This document shows positions 58,013 through 64,000 of a stretch of DNA of 64,000 bases, one piece after another. The stretch is from the NCBI GenBank assembly GCA_963699215.1, contig OY969422.1, positions 723,536 to 787,535 of the forward strand, read 5' to 3'. The translations under genes were made by a program, and so were the position numbers. Source of the DNA: an uncultured Solirubrobacterales bacterium. GTDB lineage: Bacteria; Actinomycetota; Thermoleophilia; Solirubrobacterales; 70-9. Each line of letters begins with the position of its first letter. Within the stretch, counting starts at the first letter, position 1. The notes below the pieces were generated by a model that ran no database searches, was not told the DNA's origin, and was given only the letters and a program-made list of their open reading frames with translations.

Positions 58013-58982
58013 ATGCCTTTCGTCCCTGGCTACGTCCACACGCCCGGCCACCACTGCGGCTCGACCGCGCTGCGCAACCTGCTCGCCTTCGACGGCGTCG
58101 AGCTCAGCGAGGAGATGGCCTTCGGGCTCGGCGCCGGCGCCTGCTTCTACTACGTGACGATCGAGGACGCCTCGCCGACGCGCTGGTTCAACGGCCGCAC
58201 CGCCCGCCTCGAGGAGAGCTTCGCCGAGCTGACCGGGGCGGCGCTGGAGCTGCGCACCTTCGAGCCCGGCGACGACGGCGCCTGGGAGGCGGCCCGCGAT
58301 CAGATCGACGCCGGCAGGCCCGGCCCTCCTCCTCACCGACCTCTACTACCTCGACCACTACGGCAACTCGGCCCACTTCCCCGGCCACGCCGTGGTCCTC
58401 GCCGGCTACGACGACGAGGTGGCGCACCTCTCCGACACCGGCTTCGAGCAGCTGCAGACGACCCGGCTGGAGAACCTCGACGAGGCGCGCCACAGCAACC
58501 ATCCCGCCTACCCGCTCGCCGGCCACATGTTCACGGCCACGGGCGAGGTCTCGTCCGAGCGCCTGCGCGAGGCGATCCCGGCGGCGATCGAGCGGGCGGC
58601 GCGGGCGATGGTCGAGCCCGAGTTCCGCGACTTCTCCGGCCTCGACGCGGTGCGCCGCCTCGCCGCCGAGGCGGGCTCCTGGCCGGAGACCGCCGAGGAC
58701 TGGCAGTGGTGCGCCCGCTTCGGCTACCAGGTGATCGAGCGCCGCGGCACCGGCGGCGGCGCCTTCCGCCTGATGTACTCGCGCTTCCTCGAGGAGGCGG
58801 GGCGGCCAGAGGCGCCGCTGGCGGCCACGGCCGCAGCCGCCTGGACCGATCTGGCCAACGCATTCCACGCCGCCAGCGAGAGCGAGGAGCCGGAGCCGGG
58901 GCTCTGGCGGCAGATCGACAGCGCGGCCAACCGGGCAGCCGAGGCCGAGGAACATCTCTGGACCTCTTTGGACAATCCGTAG
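58013..58982 (+). CDS. BtrH-like N-terminal domain / DUF4872 protein, one frame break as assembled
   Basis: The sequence MPFVPGYVHTPGHHCGSTALRNLLAF...IDAGRP continues in the frame of ORF 58392..58982 as ALLLTDLYYLDHYGNSAHFPGHAVVLAGYDD. The break is near 58317-58323. Confidence 0.6.
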
Positions 58983-58989
58983 TTATCCC

Positions 58990-59013
58990 CTATGGAGCCC
59001 GCGTGCTCCATGG
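58990..59013 (+). terminator. Hairpin CTATGGAGC-ccgcgt-GCTCCATGG
   Basis: Lies directly after the stop at 58982. No clear T-tract. Confidence 0.35.
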
Positions 59014-59082
59014 TGTACCGTTTTCAACTAGCGGGAGGCGGGTAGTGATCTTTTGAAACCCGTCTTTTGAGGAGAGTCATAT

Positions 59083-61911
59083 ATGAGAAGCAAGCGTGGT
59101 CCACTAGGGCTGCTCGTTCTCGCCGCCGCATTCCTCGTTCTCGCACTCGGAGCATCCAGCGCCCAGGCCGAATTCGGCATCGAAAGATGGGAATCGCTGA
59201 CCTGTAAAACGGACGTGACCCTTCCGGGAGCGGGAGATTGGTCGAACACCCCCGGCAGCGATCCATGCATCGCGTCGAACCCCGCCGAACGGTTCTACAC
59301 CGAAGCGGCCGGCCATCCCCCGTTTGGCATCACGGCGTTTCTGATGAATCAGACGGGGGGCAGTCCAAACCTCCCCGACGGCTTCCTCAAAGAGATCCGG
59401 GTCGAACTGCCCGAGGGCTTGGGTGTCAATCCCCAAGCCACGCCCCAGTGCACTGTGCAAAAACTCTCGGAACCGGTTGCCCCGGGTCCTCCCGTGGCAA
59501 CCAAATGCACGACCGAAGTGCCCGGGTCCCTGGTTGGGGTCGACTACCTGACCACCCTCGCCCCTGGACCATCTCCTCCCGCGGGTACGGAAATCACCAT
59601 CCCGGCGTTCGTCTACAACATCGAAACGCCGGACGACCCCGAATCGCCGTTCTTTGGCGCACCCTCGATGGCCGGCTTCAACGCGACCGGGAAACCGACG
59701 ATCCTCGTCGGCGACCTCGATCCGGTCGACCAGCACATCTCCTTCACGATCCACGACATCGAGTCGCCGCTGACGCCGGGCGTCGCGCCGATCATCGGCT
59801 CGCGGCTGGTCTTCCAGGGCCAGAAAGGAACCGGCTACTTAACGCTGCCGAGCGAGTGCGCGGGGCCGCAGACGACCATTCTCGACGTCCTCTCGCATCC
59901 GTATCCGATCCCTCCGGGACCAGAACTGGAACGCATCAAAACCTTCGAAACCCCCTACAGCGCCACCGACTGCGACAAAGTCCCGTTCGACCCGTCGATC
60001 GACGTCACTGTCGACAGCAAGACCGACTCGCCCGATCCGGCGACGCTCGATGTCCAGATCCCCTTTAACCCGAACCCGACCGGGATCACCGACTCGCAAC
60101 TGGAGGTCGCGAAAATCACGCTTCCAGAAGGAGGCGGGATCAACCCCTCCTCCGCGAACGGGCTCGTGCCTTGCACGGATGAGCAGTTCGCGAAAGGAAC
60201 CAACAACCCGATCACCTGTCCCATCGAGTCGAGGGTGGGTTCGGTCGAGGTGGTGACCCCATCGCTGCCCGGCGTCCTCGGAGGCGAGGTCTACGTCGGC
60301 GCACCGAACAGCAACAACCCGAGCTCCGGCGAGCAGTTCCGAATCTTCCTGCACGTCGTCTCGGCGCGCTTCGGGGTCAACGTGCGGTTGGTCGCGAATG
60401 TCTTCCCCAACCTGAAAACCGGGCAGATCACTGCCGAAGTTGCCGACAACCCCCAGGCACCCTTCGAATCGTTCAAAGTCCACATCGACGGGGGCCCGAA
60501 AGGCGTCCTGACCACGCCCGACACCTGCGGGCCGCACAAAACCACGTCACAGTTGACCCCGTTCTCGGGTAACTCCGATGCGGAACCATCCAGCGAATTC
60601 ACCCTGGACGAAGCCGCCGGTGGCGGACCCTGTCCGAAAACGCTGGCCGAGCGGCCGTTCAGCCCGACCTTCAGTGCCGGGACGAAAAGCACCAAGGCGG
60701 GCGCCTTCAGCCCGTTCGAGCTGCACATCACGCGACCCGATGGCGCCCAGGAGATCCGCCAGGTCGACGTCGACCTGCCGCCGGGGATGGTGGCGAAGCT
60801 GAAGGGCGTCGCGTACTGCCCCGAGGCGGACATCGCCGCCGCGGCCGGCAAGAGCGGTGCAGCGGAGCTCGCCGCGCCGAGCTGCCCCAACAGCAGTTTC
60901 GTGGGCACGACCGGGATCGACGCGGGCTCCGGCCCGGCGCCGTTCCACACGACCGGCAAGGCCTACCTCGCCGGCCCCTACAAAGGCGCGCCGATCAGCA
61001 TGGCCTTCGTGACGTCGGCGGTCGCGGGCCCCTATGACCTGGGGACCGTCGTGGTCAGGGCCGCCATCAACGTCGACCCCGAAACGGCGGAGGTTCACGC
61101 CGTCTCGGATCCGATCCCCTACATATTCGGCGGGGTGAAGCTCGACATCCGCAAGATCGACGTCTCGATCGACCGGCAGAACTTCACCCTCAACCCGACC
61201 ACCTGCCGCCAGGCGTTCCAGATCGGATCGGGGATCTTCGGCGGCGGCGGCAACCCGGCCGACCCGGCAAGCTGGTTCGAGTCGAAACCGTCGACCGAGT
61301 TCCGCGCAAGCGACTGCAAAGCGCTGCAGTTCAAACCGAAGTTCTACGCGCGGATCTTCGGCGGCGAGAACCAGGTGCGCAGGACCGCCCACCCGAAATT
61401 CCGGGCCACCCTGGATGCACGCAAAGGCGACGCCAACGTGCGCCGGGCAGCGTTCATCCTGCCCCGCGCGACGATCCTCGACCAGGGCCACATCAAAACC
61501 ATCTGCACGCGAGTGCAGCTGGCGGCGAAAGACTGCCCGAAAGCGTCGATCTACGGCAATGCCAAGGCGACCTCGCCCCTGCTCGCGGGCCAGCTCAAGG
61601 GGCCGGTCTACCTGACCTCGTCCGACAACCCGCTGCCGGACCTGCTGGTCGACCTGCGCGGCCAGGTGGACATCCGCCTGCGCGGCGTGATCAGCTCCGA
61701 GCACGGCCGTCTCAAGACGGTGTTCCGCACGACGCCCGACGTGGCGGTCGACAAGTTCGTCCTGACGATGAAGGGAGGCGACCGCGGGCTGCTGGTCAAC
61801 TCGCGCGACCTCTGCTCGAGGCAGACGAACGGCTTCCTCAATCTCGGGGCACAGAACAGCAGGCGGCTGAAACGGAACAACCTGCGGCTCAACATCCCCG
61901 CCTGCCGCTAG
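59083..61911 (+). CDS. Large secreted hypothetical protein (942 aa) with three related internal modules
   Basis: Signal peptide LLVLAAAFLVLALGASSAQA. The recurring pattern (V/I)xLP(E/P)G...NP...C appears as VELPEGLGVNPQATPQCT, ITLPEGGGINPSSANGLVPCT and VDLPPGMVAKLKGVAYCP. Codon usage is noticeably richer in A/T-ending codons than in neighbouring genes. Confidence 0.7.
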   Translation: MRSKRGPLGLLVLAAAFLVLALGASSAQAEFGIERWESLTCKTDVTLPGAGDWSNTPGSDPCIASNPAERFYTEAAGHPPFGITAFLMNQTGGSPNLPDGFLKEIRVELPEGLGVNPQATPQCTVQKLSEPVAPGPPVATKCTTEVPGSLVGVDYLTTLAPGPSPPAGTEITIPAFVYNIETPDDPESPFFGAPSMAGFNATGKPTILVGDLDPVDQHISFTIHDIESPLTPGVAPIIGSRLVFQGQKGTGYLTLPSECAGPQTTILDVLSHPYPIPPGPELERIKTFETPYSATDCDKVPFDPSIDVTVDSKTDSPDPATLDVQIPFNPNPTGITDSQLEVAKITLPEGGGINPSSANGLVPCTDEQFAKGTNNPITCPIESRVGSVEVVTPSLPGVLGGEVYVGAPNSNNPSSGEQFRIFLHVVSARFGVNVRLVANVFPNLKTGQITAEVADNPQAPFESFKVHIDGGPKGVLTTPDTCGPHKTTSQLTPFSGNSDAEPSSEFTLDEAAGGGPCPKTLAERPFSPTFSAGTKSTKAGAFSPFELHITRPDGAQEIRQVDVDLPPGMVAKLKGVAYCPEADIAAAAGKSGAAELAAPSCPNSSFVGTTGIDAGSGPAPFHTTGKAYLAGPYKGAPISMAFVTSAVAGPYDLGTVVVRAAINVDPETAEVHAVSDPIPYIFGGVKLDIRKIDVSIDRQNFTLNPTTCRQAFQIGSGIFGGGGNPADPASWFESKPSTEFRASDCKALQFKPKFYARIFGGENQVRRTAHPKFRATLDARKGDANVRRAAFILPRATILDQGHIKTICTRVQLAAKDCPKASIYGNAKATSPLLAGQLKGPVYLTSSDNPLPDLLVDLRGQVDIRLRGVISSEHGRLKTVFRTTPDVAVDKFVLTMKGGDRGLLVNSRDLCSRQTNGFLNLGAQNSRRLKRNNLRLNIPACR

Positions 61912-61976
61912 GGCACGGGGTTGCAGCGACGCCGGGGCGGGGCCCAGAGCCCGCCCCGGCGTCGCTGCAGGTGCCC
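61911..61976. repeat. Long near-perfect hairpin between convergent genes, with arms related to those of 55283-55411 and 30229-30367
   Basis: A 20-bp perfect stem TGCAGCGACGCCGGGGCGGG / CCCGCCCCGGCGTCGCTGCA, with an outer GGGCAC/GTGCCC pair and a short loop. The 5' arm GGGCACGGGGTTGCAGCGACG resembles GGGCAGGGGTTGCCTCGACG. Confidence 0.7.
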
Positions 61977-61981
61977 GCCTG

Positions 61982-62593
61982 TCAGGCCGGGGACAGCCGA
62001 GCGAAGTAGGCGAACCAGTTGCCGGAGTGGGTCTCGTGGGAGAGGCCCGCCTGGCCGGCCTGGCGCTTGAGGCTGGCGAGGGTGGTGAAGTGGGGATCGC
62101 CGAACAGCTCGCCGACGACGAGGCGGCCGGAGGGCTTCAGCACGCGGCGGATCTCGCGCAGCGCGGCGCCCGGATCGGGAATCTCACCGAGGACCGCGGT
62201 GAGGACCGCGGCATCGACCGAGGCGTCCTCGTAGGGAAGGGCGGTCGCGTCGCCCTGGGTGGGGACGACGTTCTGCAGGCCGCGCTCGGCGGCGCGGCGC
62301 ATGACGTGGTCGAGGAACTCCTGCTGCAGGTCGAAGATCTCGACCGTGCCCTCCGGGCCGAGCCACTCGGCGAGGTCGAGCGTGTAGTAACCGGTGCCCG
62401 GACCGATCTCGAGGACCCGCTCGCCCGGCGTCGGTTGCAAGACCGACCGCAGCCGGTCGCGGGTGACGATCGGGTGCGGCGCTTCGACCCAGAATCGCTG
62501 CCCGTAGGGGCAGGCGGACGGGTTCTTGCGCCACCACAGGGCCGCGCCCAGCGTCGCCAGCGAGGCGGCGCCGAGCAGCCGGCGCGCCCGCAT
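61982..62593 (-). CDS. Class I SAM-dependent methyltransferase
   Basis: Motif I VLEIGPGTGYYT, with an N-terminal hydrophobic segment. Confidence 0.8.
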   Translation of the reverse strand: MRARRLLGAASLATLGAALWWRKNPSACPYGQRFWVEAPHPIVTRDRLRSVLQPTPGERVLEIGPGTGYYTLDLAEWLGPEGTVEIFDLQQEFLDHVMRRAAERGLQNVVPTQGDATALPYEDASVDAAVLTAVLGEIPDPGAALREIRRVLKPSGRLVVGELFGDPHFTTLASLKRQAGQAGLSHETHSGNWFAYFARLSPA

Positions 62594-62820
62594 CAGTCCT
62601 CCCGGTCGAAGGAGAAGCCCACCCGGTGCTCGCCCGAGTCGATGCGCAGGAAGGCGACCTTGCCGACGTAGACGGAGAGGACGCCGTCCTCGGTCTTGAC
62701 GTCGTGCCAGCCGCCCTTCTCGACCTGCTTGCGCAGATCCTTCAGCTCGTCCTCGTCGATCCGCACCGGGACGACCTGGCCGCCCTCGAAGCCGATCTCC
62801 ACCTTCTGCGCGTCCGCCAT
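62593..62820 (-). CDS. Small hypothetical protein (75 aa)
   Basis: Protein-like ORF with ATGA overlaps to both neighbours, suggesting translational coupling. Confidence 0.5.
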   Translation of the reverse strand: MADAQKVEIGFEGGQVVPVRIDEDELKDLRKQVEKGGWHDVKTEDGVLSVYVGKVAFLRIDSGEHRVGFSFDRED

Positions 62821-63233
62821 CAGTGCTCCTCTCCGCTCGCTTCGACGATCTCGGTCAGCACGCCGCCGGTCGAGCGCGGCTGGATGAACGCCACCCGGCT
62901 CCCGCGGATGCCGACCCGGGCCTTGCTGTCGATCAGCTCTATCCCCGAGGCGGCGAGCTTCTCCAGGGTCGAATCGATGTCGTCGACAGCGTAGGCGACG
63001 TGATGCAGCTTCGGGCCCTTGCGGTCGAGGAACTTGCCGATCGGCGTGTCGGGGGCCAGCGGCCGCATCAGCTCGACGTGCCCGTCGCCAACATCGAGCA
63101 GAACCGCCTCGACCCCCTGGGACTCGACCGTCTCGCGATGGGCGACGGTCATCTCGAAGGTCTCCGCGTAGAGCGCGAGAGCGGCGTCGATGTCCTCGAC
63201 GGCGACGCCGATGTGGTCGATCCTGTCGAACAT
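62820..63233 (-). CDS. Methylmalonyl-CoA epimerase (glyoxalase/VOC fold)
   Basis: MFDRIDHIGVAVEDID...GPKLHHVAYAVDDID...FIQPRSTGGVLTEIVE. Confidence 0.8.
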   Translation of the reverse strand: MFDRIDHIGVAVEDIDAALALYAETFEMTVAHRETVESQGVEAVLLDVGDGHVELMRPLAPDTPIGKFLDRKGPKLHHVAYAVDDIDSTLEKLAASGIELIDSKARVGIRGSRVAFIQPRSTGGVLTEIVEASGEEH

Positions 63234-63244
63234 CGGCGCGCAGT

Positions 63245-64000
63245 CTACGTTGCCGGCGCCGGCTCGCCCTCGCCGGCGCCGGACCGCTCGACGCGAAGGA
63301 TCTCGGCCAGCGCCGCGATCCCGACCTGGAGCTGCTCGGGAGTGGGCTCCTTGGTCGCGAGGTGGCGCTGGATCTCGCGGCCAGGGGTATGGAAGGCCTC
63401 GGCCAGCGGGGCGCCGTGGTTGCGGTCGCTCCAGGCGAACATCTCGACCGCGAGCGAGGCGCCGCCGAGGCCGACGGCGGCGCGAGCCAGCGGGCTCGGC
63501 CGCTCGACCAAGCGCTCCAGCATCAGGGCGCCGCCGCTGGAGAGCAGCATCATCGGCGCGATCAGGTTGGAACCGCAGCGGTCGTGCTCCTTGGGCACCG
63601 ATGCCGGGTCCTCGACCCCCTGCTCGTAGGCGGCGATCGCCTTGTGCTCGACGCCGTGGTAGGCGGCCAGGTCGCGGTCGGTGAGAGCGACGACGGCCGG
63701 CGCGGCCCCCAGGACCTGCACGACCGTCTCGCGCAGCGCCGAGCTCTTCAGCCGCCGTCGCAGGGCCGCGGTGGCGACCAGGGTCGAGCCGATCGCGGCG
63801 ATCACCCGCCAGTCCTCGAAGGGCAGCCGCGCCGCGGGCAGCCGCCGCCGCACGAGCGGCAGCACCGCCATCGCCTCGGCGAGTTTCAGCGGCCCGCGCA
63901 GCCCCGGCACCCGCCCAGCCAACTTCGGCGCCAGCTCCGGCTTGCGCTCGGAGACGACCTGTACCTCTCCCTCCGGCGTCCGCACGGCAGCGGCCCAGTG
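63245..64000 (-). CDS. DUF1385-family protein; N-terminal end outside the window
   Basis: The frame is open to the window edge. AYHGVEHKAIAAYE and HDRCGSNL motifs. Confidence 0.7.
   Translation of the reverse strand, partial: HWAAAVRTPEGEVQVVSERKPELAPKLAGRVPGLRGPLKLAEAMAVLPLVRRRLPAARLPFEDWRVIAAIGSTLVATAALRRRLKSSALRETVVQVLGAAPAVVALTDRDLAAYHGVEHKAIAAYEQGVEDPASVPKEHDRCGSNLIAPMMLLSSGGALMLERLVERPSPLARAAVGLGGASLAVEMFAWSDRNHGAPLAEAFHTPGREIQRHLATKEPTPEQLQVGIAALAEILRVERSGAGEGEPAPAT

Noticed and set aside
58985-61976. Annotating the lower-GC 942-aa gene region as a mobile genomic island
   Set aside because: The region has no integrase, transposase, flanking direct repeats or adjacent intact tRNA. The compositional shift was judged by eye only.

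Overview
High-GC (roughly 70% by eye) chromosomal segment with dense, mostly housekeeping gene content. Several features suggest an actinobacterial-type lineage (inference only): an OdhA/Kgd-style E2-E1 2-oxoglutarate dehydrogenase fusion, a PAC2 proteasome-accessory gene, PolX, and a c-di-AMP (ydaO-type) riboswitch upstream of an NlpC/P60 hydrolase. Recognisable genes include acnA, odhA, a PotABCD-like transporter, four clustered TetR paralogs, methylmalonyl-pathway genes (pccB, mutase large subunit, epimerase), a UvrD-like helicase/RecB-like nuclease, a MacB-type ABC pump, otsB, polX, trxA, ileS, fumC, ychF and several dehydrogenases. I found no rRNA, canonical tRNA, CRISPR array, transposase, integrase or recognisable defence cassette. 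The main observation is non-coding. There are several related families of long GC-rich palindromic elements (about 60-155 nt), in which conserved multi-hairpin cores are closed by long stems. The stems change between copies but stay paired. They lie between gene ends (32468-32840, 42434-42533, 53720-53824, 55283-55411, 61911-61976, 22047-22078, 1293-1325), and two are embedded in frame inside coding sequences (helicase 30229-30367, odhA linker 3721-3777). Other points of interest are a lipoyl-PSBD-E2-E1 four-domain OdhA, an ECF sigma factor fused to its anti-sigma domain and overlapping a 665-aa secreted protein gene, a tRNA-like structured element (39846-39972), a decapeptide-repeat surface protein, and a 942-aa secreted protein of lower GC. 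At least ten single-nucleotide frame breaks interrupt otherwise intact essential genes (odhA, trxA, ileS, ychF and others). This looks like assembly indel error rather than real decay. All coordinates for repeats and frame breaks were read by eye and should be recomputed.
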